Sequence record: ON287370.1
Direction: 5' to 3' (one strand)
Length of the DNA stretch: 64,000 bases
Under the pieces are notes generated by a model that worked only from the letters and a program-made list of their open reading frames with translations, did not search any database and was not told the origin of the DNA. The position numbers and the translations under genes were made by a program. Shown here piece by piece: positions 9,120 through 19,661 of this stretch (position 1 is the stretch's first letter; each line of letters begins with the position of its first letter).

Positions 9120-9788
9120 TTATTCAGAACTTTCTTCTTCTAACTTACGACGACGTTCTTCTACTTCTTCCACGCTCAGAATGTTATCACCAATAATAGA
9201 AGTTGGGTCAAACAGGTTTGCTGCGATATGAAGGTTAGTAGCTTGCCAGGTGCGATGGATATCAACACGTTCGGAGAATGTCAGATGAGTCAGAGCATCG
9301 CGAGAAGATGTAAACACCGTTCTGTTTAGTGTATTCTCTTCAGCATCAAACATTACCTTACCATCGATGGATTTATTATAATAGAAGTTATCGCGACCCA
9401 CTCCAGTACACAGGTCACTAAAGTCCCCACCATAACCATCGACACGACCATCTTGATACAGATCCATCAAGAGTGGGTTGGCCATGATATAATCTCTCAT
9501 GAACCCAGTTGCTTGCCTTTGATATTGCGCCTCAGACAAATAACCGATTTCAAAGCGACCAACATACTGACCATCTTTACCATTAACTCGGTTAGAGAAT
9601 TCCCACATACGAGAATCCATAAAGTTCTTATGAGCTTCCTTTACCGTATTAAGGGTTTCACCTAACCATCCACTCAGATTCTGATATCGATCATAAAACC
9701 CATTCATGAACTTATCAAAAGCACCTGCACTTGCATCCGTCATCGACCCACTACATGCACGGGTAAATGCGCTAGTTGCATTTAGCAT
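9120..9788 (-). CDS. Conserved hypothetical protein downstream of nvRNAP beta'
   Basis: 222 aa, start overlaps upstream stop. Confidence 0.75.
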   Translation of the reverse strand: MLNATSAFTRACSGSMTDASAGAFDKFMNGFYDRYQNLSGWLGETLNTVKEAHKNFMDSRMWEFSNRVNGKDGQYVGRFEIGYLSEAQYQRQATGFMRDYIMANPLLMDLYQDGRVDGYGGDFSDLCTGVGRDNFYYNKSIDGKVMFDAEENTLNRTVFTSSRDALTHLTFSERVDIHRTWQATNLHIAANLFDPTSIIGDNILSVEEVEERRRKLEEESSE

Positions 9789-11377
9789 TAATCCTCCTCA
9801 ATAGGAACATCAAGAAACAGCGAATTAATATTCAGCAGGTTTGTCTTGGTGTGTGTTGCAAAACGACTGGTTCTAAATGGTTTATTTGGATCCAACATCT
9901 GATGGTGCCCCCAGCTGGAATATGCTTCAATCTTAGACATCATGTCAGGAATGAAGATCACATACATCTGATCGCCATCAAAGTCAGCACCGAATTCTTT
10001 TACAGTAGTAATTGGAATACGGATGGATTTATCATCAAGGTCACGGTTGAACTTAACGAAGAAACCACGTGCAGACAGATATTGGATTGACGGATTTCGA
10101 CCAGCGGTTACCATTGCATAACGGTTGGTTTCAATCCAGGTATAGAATTCTTCAATAATCGGAAGTTTGGCATGAGCAGCAGTTCGGATTATTTCCTTGA
10201 TCTTCTTCGGAGTATATCCCTTACGATATAGCCAGGAAGTCAGATGCTTGTCCAGACAGGTTAAACCATACATCCATGGTAGAATGATTGTATCAGAACG
10301 ACACACTCCAGATTCACCAGTGATAATAGATCGACCAGTAAATGGTAATTTACCAGCACCTGCGTGATATCGAATCATCCCCTTCTTACCGAACAGAATG
10401 TTCTTCTGTACTTCCGCCAGAGCATCCACCAGACCTTTCAGGTTACGCCCCATCAGATCTTCGTTTTCATCTACGCGGATATCATAGTCAGGATAGGTAT
10501 CGGCGATTGTGAAATAGATCTTATCCAGATCCGTTTGCTCTTTGTTTACATAACGGTCACGTTGGTCGGATTCAACGACTGTAGTGATTTTGTTTGGGAG
10601 TGGGAGATAGTTGAATACCGCCTTTGTACGATACTTATCCCAGAACTCAGAATAATAGTTGCGATCTTGTTCGGACAGATCGAGCACTTTGCTTACATCT
10701 GCTTCAATCGCACTACGGATGATCAGGTCGATGTTTTCGATGAAACTGTTATATCCATAAGGGATGTTCAGAGTTTCACGGAATGCTTCGATCTTACATG
10801 CGATTTTGAAAGCATTGTTATTTGGATCTTTGAAACGTTTCTCATTACGGACATCAGGGTTAACCCAATAGTCCACCAGGTTGACCTTTGGAGATTTGGT
10901 ATTCAGTTTACTGAAGAACACCGCATACATAGCTGGACTAATAAAGCCAGATACTTTTGCTGGACGTTTCAACCAGACCTTAGTCTCAATACGACTGGTT
11001 AGTGGTTTAACTACTTCATGACCACAGGACTCACAAACGAAACCAGAACCCAGATAAGAGTTACTACGATATTTCTTACAACTACAAGAAGCTACAGTGT
11101 CAAAGTTATTACCTTCGAACTCTGTACGAAGTAATTCAATAATCGCCTGACGGTCTTCTTCTATATTAAAGTCGAAGTCATTCAGATAGATTGGTGGGGT
11201 GATGGATTGGTCGTGCTTTTCATTGAAGTCAATGAAGTCTGGATAAATTGGGGTATAGAACGACTGGTCATCTTGCTGCGGTACTATCCCAGTTGCTTTG
11301 ATCATTGCATCAAACAACTTACTTGGGACCATATGTTCATCTGCAAATTTGTTAAGTATATCTGCCATACTTGACAT
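9788..11377 (-). CDS. Non-virion RNA polymerase beta' N-terminal subunit (phiKZ gp55-56.1-like)
   Basis: Zn ribbon CSC..CESC, GRNPSI, catalytic GADFDGD; directly downstream of chimallin. Confidence 0.92.
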   Translation of the reverse strand: MSSMADILNKFADEHMVPSKLFDAMIKATGIVPQQDDQSFYTPIYPDFIDFNEKHDQSITPPIYLNDFDFNIEEDRQAIIELLRTEFEGNNFDTVASCSCKKYRSNSYLGSGFVCESCGHEVVKPLTSRIETKVWLKRPAKVSGFISPAMYAVFFSKLNTKSPKVNLVDYWVNPDVRNEKRFKDPNNNAFKIACKIEAFRETLNIPYGYNSFIENIDLIIRSAIEADVSKVLDLSEQDRNYYSEFWDKYRTKAVFNYLPLPNKITTVVESDQRDRYVNKEQTDLDKIYFTIADTYPDYDIRVDENEDLMGRNLKGLVDALAEVQKNILFGKKGMIRYHAGAGKLPFTGRSIITGESGVCRSDTIILPWMYGLTCLDKHLTSWLYRKGYTPKKIKEIIRTAAHAKLPIIEEFYTWIETNRYAMVTAGRNPSIQYLSARGFFVKFNRDLDDKSIRIPITTVKEFGADFDGDQMYVIFIPDMMSKIEAYSSWGHHQMLDPNKPFRTSRFATHTKTNLLNINSLFLDVPIEED

Positions 11378-11401
11378 AAAAATAAAACCCCTATAAAAAC
11401 A

Positions 11402-11436
11402 AACAGAGAGGAGGGCTTTCACCCACCCTCTCTGTT
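11402..11436 (-). terminator. Terminator after chimallin
   Basis: AACAGAGAG/CTCTCTGTT stem with GC-rich inner stem. Confidence 0.6.
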
Positions 11437-11475
11437 GATTTAGTTAATTACACTTCAGCTTTTTACTACTAGTTA

Positions 11476-13392
11476 TTAGTAGTGGGTGTATGCGCCAGAG
11501 AAGCCACCCATTGCGCCTACCTGCATACCCTGCTGCAGAACTGCAGACATAGTGTAGTTCAGGTAATCGTTGCTGTGCTGTACCTGCCATGCGGATACGT
11601 TGTTGCTTGCAGACATGGTCATTGCACCAGCAGTTGCCATTGCGCGTGCTGCGGTGTTGAAGAACGCATCTTCCCATACGAAACGACGTTTCCAACCTTC
11701 GATGATTACGTTGGTATCGAACAGTTGATTCAGCAGGTTGTAGATAGCGTACTGACGAGCTTTTGGATCGGTACCGGTTGCGCCGTTGATCAGACCCAGG
11801 TATTGGTTAACAGCTGGTTCGTTTTGACCGTAGTAGTTTTCCTGACGCAGGAACATGCCGTCAACTTCTGCCAGGTCGAACCATTTGCCATCTTTACCAC
11901 GAGCGATACCAGCAGGCATCATGATCGGAGTAGGTTTCAGGATTGCATCACCTGCAGTCCAGTCTTTACGAGGATCACGGTTCTGACCTTTGGAAGCGTT
12001 TTCAGAGATGATGCGGCTGAAAGCTTTGTTAGACAGAACGTCCATCAGGTTGATCAGAGCTTTATGGTAAGTAGAACCATTAGGCTGACCGATGATGTTC
12101 CACCAGAAGTCGGAGTTAGAAACGTCTTCGGTGAAGGATGCCAGATCCAGAACGTATACTGCGTTCGGAGCAACGTAGCTGTTCAGCCACTGGTTTACCT
12201 GTGCAGCGTTGGTGATGTTCTTATCGGTGATCATCTGGCTGGTGCCGTAAGCCCCGCCCAACATCTGAGTCAGGTAGTTGTTGAAGTTACCCAGGTTACC
12301 GGAATGACCAACTTCTTTACCACGGAATGCTTCAGAGAAGAACTGCATCTGGTTTGCACCGATAGATGCGTACAGACCCAGCAGAGCAGTCAGCATGGAG
12401 TTGTTGTTGTTCAGGGTTTCGCCAGGGATAGTGATACCAGTAGAGATTACTGGAACCAGTGGACCTACGTTAACGCCTGGACGCAGCTGACGAGCCTGCA
12501 GGAACTGAGCCTGAGACATTGCTTCCAGAGACACTTTCAGGTAAGTGGTGCAGATAGAACGAGTGTTGTTGCTGTTCATGTTCTGCGTATTGTTTTTGTT
12601 GGTAGTGTGCAGTTTAACTGCCAGGTTGTATGGAACTGGTTTGCCGTCGATGGTCGCACGGTTTACAGGTTCGATACGAGCCACAGCTGCATCATCTTTA
12701 CCGAACAGTTTACCGTCTTTGAACGGAGTTGGGAACTGAACGCCTTGTTTGGTAACTTCCAGAACAACCAGGTTGTACAGAGCAGTGTTCCACTCTTTCA
12801 GCAGGTTGGTACGAACTTCTGGAACAACGTCTTCAGCTTTCACTGCGTTCTTGATGAAGGTTTCCAGGTTAACTACAGAAGGAGCGATGATGACAACGTT
12901 CTTCATCTGCTGGCCTTCGTGGAATGCAGAAGTAGATTTGATCTTCTCCATCAGTTCCTGGTTCATGAAGGACGCTGGTACTTTAGCGATACCGCGAGGC
13001 ATGTTTTCGTTAGCCAGCATGATCACTTCGGTAGCTTCAGTAACACCAGTTTTGTAGAACAGAACTGGCATGACGTAGCGGGTGCCGTCGATCACAGTGG
13101 AGATGGTCAGACCTGGCAGCTGAGAACTGATGTCAGAAGTAATAGACTGAACCAGAGTCGGCAGAGAGATTTTCTGAGACTGAGATGCAGTGTTCTTCTG
13201 CAGGTATTTGATGGTTTCTTCCAGAGATTTCTGGATGTCTTTTACTTCAGCGATAGAGTGAGTAGAAGAGAACAGGTTCGCTTCACCCAGCAGACCGAAC
13301 AGAGCATTTGAAGATTGCATAGTGTTTTTACCAGCGTTGTTGTTAGAAGAAGAGTTAGCGTTGTTTGCGTTCATGTTGTTATCGAGAGACAT
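11476..13392 (-). CDS. chmA: Chimallin, major phage-nucleus shell protein
   Basis: 638 aa, Asn-rich disordered N-terminus, strong high-expression codon bias (long antisense shadow ORF), immediately upstream of nvRNAP beta'-N and downstream of the DNA polymerase block. Confidence 0.85.
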   Translation of the reverse strand: MSLDNNMNANNANSSSNNNAGKNTMQSSNALFGLLGEANLFSSTHSIAEVKDIQKSLEETIKYLQKNTASQSQKISLPTLVQSITSDISSQLPGLTISTVIDGTRYVMPVLFYKTGVTEATEVIMLANENMPRGIAKVPASFMNQELMEKIKSTSAFHEGQQMKNVVIIAPSVVNLETFIKNAVKAEDVVPEVRTNLLKEWNTALYNLVVLEVTKQGVQFPTPFKDGKLFGKDDAAVARIEPVNRATIDGKPVPYNLAVKLHTTNKNNTQNMNSNNTRSICTTYLKVSLEAMSQAQFLQARQLRPGVNVGPLVPVISTGITIPGETLNNNNSMLTALLGLYASIGANQMQFFSEAFRGKEVGHSGNLGNFNNYLTQMLGGAYGTSQMITDKNITNAAQVNQWLNSYVAPNAVYVLDLASFTEDVSNSDFWWNIIGQPNGSTYHKALINLMDVLSNKAFSRIISENASKGQNRDPRKDWTAGDAILKPTPIMMPAGIARGKDGKWFDLAEVDGMFLRQENYYGQNEPAVNQYLGLINGATGTDPKARQYAIYNLLNQLFDTNVIIEGWKRRFVWEDAFFNTAARAMATAGAMTMSASNNVSAWQVQHSNDYLNYTMSAVLQQGMQVGAMGGFSGAYTHY

Positions 13393-13477
13393 TTGGAATT
13401 CCTTAATAAAGTGTTTATGGTTAACGTTAACGTTTGGTGAGGGATAATAGAAACATCTGTTTCCTTATACACTCTAA

Positions 13478-13499
13478 TAATATAGACTTCAAATATTTT
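13478..13499 (-). promoter_or_regulatory. Early promoter of chmA
   Basis: Minus strand AAAATATTTGAAGTCTATATTA. Confidence 0.7.
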
Positions 13500-13656
13500 A
13501 GAGAGTGGAAAATTACAACGTTAAATCGTATGAATACATTCAAATAGACATGCGACTCACGTCTAGCTTTCAAGGAAGACCCTTGAAAGTTTATTTTTAC
13601 ATATAATAGATATCTTCATTAATTTTTTAATGATGATATTCCAGAGGCTTCTATTA

Positions 13657-14748
13657 ATGTCTTACTTTAAGCTTTCGCCCAATGGGTTGAACTACGCGGT
13701 CAGGGAGTGGGGAACACTCGGAAACCTGAGGCGCATTATGGCCAGGAATGATGACCGGTACGAAGACTGGATCAACCTTGGTAACAGGGTTCTTCCCAAC
13801 GAGAATCCATTAGTTCAATTTCTGCTAATGTTTTCCGTGAACGTAGAATGGGATCGCAACTACTTAATTAATGTAATTGATTCACACATTCAACAGTATG
13901 CGAGCGCAGTCAATTTTACATCCCTCTATAATAGAGGTAAGAACCACCTGTTCAGCTTGTATCCTGAAAAGAATCACAATACACTTTTGGTTGTTCCTTT
14001 TGATAAACCTTCTGCTTCACAAATTAATGGATACTTCAATAACGAAATAAATACACTCGTTCCGATTTATCCTATTTACACCACCGATACCAAACAGCGT
14101 TGGAACTCCATAGAGCTGATTGATACTAAAGATTATACATTAGGTACTGAAGCTTACACCATTGCTCAGATCGACGTGTATGCTCTTGTAATCGGGTATT
14201 GGAGACACCTTCAACGTGGAGTGGAATGGGGTAACAGTCCTCATGGTTATTTGGCAGGCCTTCCTTTAATGAACTTCTATTTATATCATAATGAGCTGGC
14301 TAACTACAATTACCTTAATGGTAATGCCGGTAAGATTGATATAAAGAAAGGCCCATTCAATCTGGAACCTTATTTCCAAAACCTGATTGACTATACTGAC
14401 TTCAAGAATAGATACTTGTTATCTCAACCCATGAAGTCTTTCACTAACTTTGTACAAGTCAATGCCGTAACTAATATCTCAGTTGATCAGAATAAAATGA
14501 TCTTCCCTCAAGCAGGTAAGTCATTGTTCTTTGTTCAAATGAGTTGGGTATGGACCATTGCTTCATTGGGTATGGTGAAGCCTTATCTGGAATACAGTAA
14601 CTTTGTTGGTGCCGTGGATGGTAAACTGAGAACTGATCTTGCTCTTTATTATCAGTTATCGGTAACTACTCAAGAAAACCAAATCAAAGATCCTGTTTGG
14701 AGAAAGCATTTCAACATGCTTCACGAACAAGTTAGTCGTTTGAAATAA
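13657..14748 (+). CDS. Conserved hypothetical (probable virion) protein antisense to the block
   Basis: 363 aa from ATG 13657 with GAGG; sole plus-strand gene between DNA polymerase and chimallin, as in phiKZ-like phages. Confidence 0.7.
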   Translation: MSYFKLSPNGLNYAVREWGTLGNLRRIMARNDDRYEDWINLGNRVLPNENPLVQFLLMFSVNVEWDRNYLINVIDSHIQQYASAVNFTSLYNRGKNHLFSLYPEKNHNTLLVVPFDKPSASQINGYFNNEINTLVPIYPIYTTDTKQRWNSIELIDTKDYTLGTEAYTIAQIDVYALVIGYWRHLQRGVEWGNSPHGYLAGLPLMNFYLYHNELANYNYLNGNAGKIDIKKGPFNLEPYFQNLIDYTDFKNRYLLSQPMKSFTNFVQVNAVTNISVDQNKMIFPQAGKSLFFVQMSWVWTIASLGMVKPYLEYSNFVGAVDGKLRTDLALYYQLSVTTQENQIKDPVWRKHFNMLHEQVSRLK

Positions 14749-14763
14749 ACATATATCTATCAC

Positions 14764-14795
14764 GAACCCTACCCGCTTAGTGCGAGGTAGGGTTC
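14764..14795. terminator. Bidirectional terminator between convergent genes
   Basis: GAACCCTACC/GGTAGGGTTC stem. Confidence 0.75.
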
Positions 14796-14816
14796 AATAG
14801 TTTTACATAGAATTGA

Positions 14817-16895
14817 TTAGTGTTCGTCGGATACTAAACGAGTTATGGAGTCATTCATGAAGTACAAACCAGTTGAGTTAAGAACCTCATAAACACATTT
14901 AAGGTTCTGTTTGATAACGGTACGATAATCGATACATTGCTTGATTTCCGTAGGGATATCCGCCATGTACTGAAGACGTTCCATGGGTACAACTAGGTTA
15001 CCTAAATCAGTACGACCTGTCTTCTCCATAAACTTCTCAAGCTTATCGGCCAGTTCACGATCTTCGATCTTTTCAATAAACTCTTTAACCTTGGTTTTAC
15101 TACCTAAGTCAACTGACATCTTAACACCGATATATGGAAGCTCTGGAGCTGGACCATATTTATCGCTGAATACATTTTCCCACAGTTCATGGTAGAAGTA
15201 TACTGATGCCATAGGCTTAGAATAAGCTGCGGCAGATTTAACACCTTGACGAGATAACCACTTCCAGTCACCTGCGTGAATATCATCAATGATTGTGCGT
15301 TCCAGGTCCCCAATCTCTTTCAGTGTTTCTGCTGCATTCAACTTCTGTTTCTTCTCGATAGCGACTAAAGTATCATTCATTAACTTCTGGGCGAAGTCTT
15401 TGATGTTCGATGCGATCTTAGAAGACTTAAGGTGAACCCCTTTGATTTCCATTTCTGGTTCATGGTTCATAACACCTTCAACCATAAGCTGGCTGGCATA
15501 ATAGTGTTTAGACATCAAAGTAGTAACGTAAGCACCGAAGTAGTATTCATTCTTCATACCCAACATACGCAAGTTTTTCTTGGTTACGTTTAGGTTAGCC
15601 GACAATTGTTGGTGTTGGTCAACAGAAATCATGCGGATGAAGTAAGTCAGTACTGCGTTAAGTTTAACACCCTTATCACGGTCATGAGTATAAGCTTCGA
15701 TCATTTCATCCACGGTATAAATCGAGGAGTCAGTGTCAGAAGTCAGTACACAGTCACGTACAGCAGATACAACATCAAATAAACCAGATGGTGGAATTGG
15801 TGAATGGAAGAATTGACGCATGAAATCAGCATATTCAGTTTCAACCTTCATATGAGATTCATTCAGTGCGTTAACTGCGACCTTAGGTGGTTTATTTGGA
15901 AGTTTGGAAATGCACAATGTCCACTTATCCCCGTTGTCTGGGGCTAAGTAATCATCAGCAGTTTTCCCTTCTTCTGGATCATTCATTGCGACCCAACGAT
16001 CAAAGAACTCTGAAACGACTTCACGGTTATGGTTAAACAACTGAACCAAATCCATGGTGTACAGAATAGATGAACGCTCTAAACCACTTAACTTCTCAAC
16101 AAAGTCACGGATGATTCTGGTGTGACGGGCTGATTCCCAATAACGACGAGAGCAGTACTCTACTTGACCCATTACATCATCAACAGTCGCATAATGGAGT
16201 TTATATTTCTCCATTACATCTTCCAGTGCTTTATAGTCAGTTACCTTAAGTCGAGCTACAATTGCCTGTAATGTGTTCTCTGGTGTATTATAGAAACGGT
16301 TACCGGCAATGAACTGTTCATTAATAAGGTTAGCTGTGGAGGTCAAGCAACGACAAGTGGAAGTCAATGAAGTATGACCAGTCTTGTTGTTAATTGGTGT
16401 ACCTTCGGAACTCATAGCGCCAGATTGGGCGTTGTTAAAGATCTTAAAGGCGTTTTGTAATTCGTGGTACTTACCATAGAGATCTGGATCGTTATCAGCT
16501 TTAGCTTTCTGACGCAGTCCTTTATAGTAAGAACGGTTATCAATGAACAGACGTGTCCCAATTGAGTTAACACACTCTTCTTTATCTGAGTTGGTGTATG
16601 CAACCATTGATGGACTAAAGTGATAGTTATTAGCCTGAACATGTTTAAAGACAGAAGACAGAGGAATAACTTTCAACTCACGATCTTCGTTCTTATTTTT
16701 GATAATAACTTTTGCACGACGAGAGCGGAACTTTTCCTGGTTAGATTTAAAATACTTCATCAGGTTCTGACGTACAGTATCTTCATCCTCACCGCGTACT
16801 CGACTTACAACTAAAGCGTATTGATTAACCGCATGTTTTAAAATGTTGCGATCACTGGTATATTCTTCTGAGAGGAATGGTCCAGCAGATGACAT
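14817..16895 (-). CDS. Family B DNA polymerase, polymerase-domain subunit (phiKZ gp50-like)
   Basis: Motif B-like KIFNNAQSG and motif C TSDTDSSIY. Confidence 0.88.
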   Translation of the reverse strand: MSSAGPFLSEEYTSDRNILKHAVNQYALVVSRVRGEDEDTVRQNLMKYFKSNQEKFRSRRAKVIIKNKNEDRELKVIPLSSVFKHVQANNYHFSPSMVAYTNSDKEECVNSIGTRLFIDNRSYYKGLRQKAKADNDPDLYGKYHELQNAFKIFNNAQSGAMSSEGTPINNKTGHTSLTSTCRCLTSTANLINEQFIAGNRFYNTPENTLQAIVARLKVTDYKALEDVMEKYKLHYATVDDVMGQVEYCSRRYWESARHTRIIRDFVEKLSGLERSSILYTMDLVQLFNHNREVVSEFFDRWVAMNDPEEGKTADDYLAPDNGDKWTLCISKLPNKPPKVAVNALNESHMKVETEYADFMRQFFHSPIPPSGLFDVVSAVRDCVLTSDTDSSIYTVDEMIEAYTHDRDKGVKLNAVLTYFIRMISVDQHQQLSANLNVTKKNLRMLGMKNEYYFGAYVTTLMSKHYYASQLMVEGVMNHEPEMEIKGVHLKSSKIASNIKDFAQKLMNDTLVAIEKKQKLNAAETLKEIGDLERTIIDDIHAGDWKWLSRQGVKSAAAYSKPMASVYFYHELWENVFSDKYGPAPELPYIGVKMSVDLGSKTKVKEFIEKIEDRELADKLEKFMEKTGRTDLGNLVVPMERLQYMADIPTEIKQCIDYRTVIKQNLKCVYEVLNSTGLYFMNDSITRLVSDEH

Positions 16896-16942
16896 ATTCA
16901 ATTCCCTCATTTAGAGAAAGAAAAAAAAAGTATTGGGTAAAT

Positions 16943-16980
16943 AGATTACCGAGCCTACCTTATGGTAAGCTCAGTAATCT
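16943..16980 (-). terminator. Intrinsic terminator
   Basis: AGATTAC..GAGC..TACC/GGTA..GCTC..GTAATCT long stem plus U tract. Confidence 0.7.
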
Positions 16981-16985
16981 GATAA

Positions 16986-17417
16986 TTATTTCTTATTAGT
17001 ATCTTCGATAACCAGGGTGTACGTCACATTCATGCCTTCTAAGAAATCAACTAATGGTGCACGTTGATATTCCTGGAAGTTCTGAATGATTACCGTTGCA
17101 TAACGGGACTGGATTGTTTTCAGTGAATCTTTGTCAATCCATGGGAAACCGATAACAATACGTTCAGCTTTGGTTGGGTCCAATTGCAGAATGAGATAGT
17201 TATAAATTTCCGGGTTGTTTACGTTATCTACCGAATCTTTGAAGAATGGATAGAATGCCTGGTGTTTAGCATACACATCGGGATCGATAATGCGGGCTGT
17301 ATTATAATCGACAATACCAGTAATTAAAGCGCTCTTATACTGAGCGCCAAAAATACCAGGTCGAATCATATCGAAGTTAATGATGTCGTTTTTCTGAAGA
17401 GTGTTCAAATCGCTCAT
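16986..17417 (-). CDS. Conserved phiKZ-like hypothetical protein
   Basis: 143 aa, immediately upstream of DNA polymerase. Confidence 0.75.
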   Translation of the reverse strand: MSDLNTLQKNDIINFDMIRPGIFGAQYKSALITGIVDYNTARIIDPDVYAKHQAFYPFFKDSVDNVNNPEIYNYLILQLDPTKAERIVIGFPWIDKDSLKTIQSRYATVIIQNFQEYQRAPLVDFLEGMNVTYTLVIEDTNKK

Positions 17418-18028
17418 GGGTTAGAAACCTTTATCAAGATAATAGGGAAGGTTATCAAAGTATCCCCATACTTGACTACTTTACCAGCAACTGGAACTAC
17501 TTCAACATCAGTCAGAATTTCAAGATCCATTAATGCTCGGTCAATATGACCAAGAATAAACAGTTCCGCATCCGTCCACTGCATGTTGTTATAGGAGTCG
17601 ATTAAATTGGAAAGGTTAGCACTGAACTCACCAATGGATTCTTCATCGGTGAAATCATAACCATCAAACTTAGTTGCGATTTCAAACAAACGGTTAAGTT
17701 CATCTTCTTCGCCGACACCGGCCAGGAACACTTCTTCAATCAAAGCCAGGGATTCACTGATTTCCATTCCTTTACTTTCAAGGAAGGTTTCAGTATCATC
17801 ACCAGGCATGAAATCAGACCACAAACTCACCACTCGGAAGAATTCTTCCACCAAACTGATTTCCAGTTCAGACATAGTGTTGCGTTTGTTTAATTTATAT
17901 TTTTCACTGATGCTTTCAAAGATCTTACTTACAATCTCATCAGTCAGCGGTACATCGTCAAGATGATAATGCTTAACGAGACCATTAAGCAATTCATCAT
18001 AATCGAAGTTGTTTACATGAACGTACAT
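17414..18028 (-). CDS. Acidic hypothetical protein
   Basis: 204 aa, operon packing. Confidence 0.7.
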   Translation of the reverse strand: MYVHVNNFDYDELLNGLVKHYHLDDVPLTDEIVSKIFESISEKYKLNKRNTMSELEISLVEEFFRVVSLWSDFMPGDDTETFLESKGMEISESLALIEEVFLAGVGEEDELNRLFEIATKFDGYDFTDEESIGEFSANLSNLIDSYNNMQWTDAELFILGHIDRALMDLEILTDVEVVPVAGKVVKYGDTLITFPIILIKVSNP

Positions 18029-18037
18029 TACGCTCTC

Positions 18038-18385
18038 CTAGTAACAACTGAACCTCAAGTATACCGATGCTCCGTTAGATTGTGCGGTACACTGGACAGT
18101 TGTATATTGACGGGATAAATCTTCCAGCATCAGCTTAAACTGCATATATTCAGTTACGAATCGCTGATCACGATTATTATCGCCACTGGTGAGACCTTCA
18201 GTTGTGAAAGTCGGTGAAGTTGGTAGTTGGTGTTTAACACCGTACGCAGATAATAATAAAGCTATCGACGATACCAAGTTCTCCAATGGCACGCCAGGGA
18301 AAGTCATGGTGTGCGAGAACATTGCCAAAGGCTGTTCATTCAGGTTCTGTTGCATCTGGGTTTTCCTTAATATAGAACCGACCAT
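18038..18385 (-). CDS. Hypothetical protein
   Basis: 115 aa ORF. Confidence 0.65.
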   Translation of the reverse strand: MVGSILRKTQMQQNLNEQPLAMFSHTMTFPGVPLENLVSSIALLLSAYGVKHQLPTSPTFTTEGLTSGDNNRDQRFVTEYMQFKLMLEDLSRQYTTVQCTAQSNGASVYLRFSCY

Positions 18386-18638
18386 TTAAGATGAAATAAT
18401 CTTCTACATTATCCGAATAGTCTAACTCACTTAAGAGTTCGTATATAATAGGCTTCATCTCACTTTTTAATGAGATCTCAAATGAACTAAACCATTTGGA
18501 CAATTGAACATTAAGAATTTCCTCCCGACGATGCGAGAGGAAATTCAGAATTATTCTAAAGAAGAGGTCCTGGTCTAGATTATATCGTTTTACTATTCGA
18601 AGAAGTGGATAGATGTTAACCGATAACATCCTAACCAT
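18336..18638 (-). CDS. Hypothetical protein
   Basis: 100 aa, AGGAG RBS. Confidence 0.65.
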   Translation of the reverse strand: MVRMLSVNIYPLLRIVKRYNLDQDLFFRIILNFLSHRREEILNVQLSKWFSSFEISLKSEMKPIIYELLSELDYSDNVEDYFILNGRFYIKENPDATEPE

Positions 18639-18646
18639 AGGACTCC

Positions 18647-19216
18647 TTATATAAAGTACTTCTCCAACATTTTGGGAAGTTCAGTTTTAGGGAATGTGTC
18701 TTTTATAAACCATTCAACATCAAAGTTTGAACTTAACTTTTCATTCAGTCTTTGTTCAAATTCTTCAATGAAACCGATGACCTCTTGGACTTCATGATCA
18801 ATAGGTTCTTCGATTGGAGGAGGGATCAAATCTGCTGGGATATCACCATCGAAAAGGATAAACGTGTCAGGTCTGATATAACGTAACAAGTTATAAACTT
18901 TCTTGGTATCCAGAGCATAGATCATATTCAACCAATCACGGAATGATAATAAAAGTTCATCGAACTCTTCCGTAAGTGCATCGTGGTCAAACCAAAGATT
19001 CAGGTTAACTACCGGATGATAACCGCCAACGATATTAAAGCACCCCACATTTTTAACTAACCAAATACGAAGTGCATCAACTAAAGCTGGCTTATCCTCT
19101 TCCTTTATTAAAGTAGAGGCCAGGTGCTGCTTAGACTCAAGGTAAGATTCAACTTCAATATCGAATCTCCCTACTAGAATAAACTCACCAGTTGTAGGCT
19201 GCTTCAAGTTGCTCAT
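18647..19216 (-). CDS. Hypothetical protein
   Basis: 189 aa ORF. Confidence 0.7.
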   Translation of the reverse strand: MSNLKQPTTGEFILVGRFDIEVESYLESKQHLASTLIKEEDKPALVDALRIWLVKNVGCFNIVGGYHPVVNLNLWFDHDALTEEFDELLLSFRDWLNMIYALDTKKVYNLLRYIRPDTFILFDGDIPADLIPPPIEEPIDHEVQEVIGFIEEFEQRLNEKLSSNFDVEWFIKDTFPKTELPKMLEKYFI

Positions 19217-19658
19217 AAGTTGGGTTCTCTGATACCATCAGTGTTTCTTCGACTTCTTCAGTTCCGTCTGGTAAGCTAGACATCATAGATGCCATTGTTG
19301 CTTCCAAATCCATCCCAATACCATAGAGTTTATGAAGACCGATTGGGCGAGTCACGATTTTGTATTTCAGTCGATTATCGAACCCAGCTTGAATGAACTG
19401 AGTTTTAATATCCACAACCAACTGACGAACTGTTTCTGCCAACCATGGCAAGTTCTTATCATCAGGATAAAGTGAATACTGCTCATCAATTGCATCATCG
19501 ATGTTACGGATCTTACTATTCATAACACCCAAAGCCATATCAAGTACAACATGGAAGTACTTAATGTATTCTGGCTGTTTATCTTCTACATTGCGTAGAT
19601 TGGGTTCGAGGGATATTGCGATAGCCGTTATTAGTGATGGCCTATCGATGTTAAACAT
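19185..19658 (-). CDS. Hypothetical protein
   Basis: 157 aa ORF. Confidence 0.7.
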   Translation of the reverse strand: MFNIDRPSLITAIAISLEPNLRNVEDKQPEYIKYFHVVLDMALGVMNSKIRNIDDAIDEQYSLYPDDKNLPWLAETVRQLVVDIKTQFIQAGFDNRLKYKIVTRPIGLHKLYGIGMDLEATMASMMSSLPDGTEEVEETLMVSENPTYEQLEAAYNW

Positions 19659-19661
19659 GAC

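Noticed and set aside
11482-13311. 609-aa plus-strand ORF
   Set aside because: Antisense shadow of chimallin caused by its codon bias; no RBS and unnatural composition
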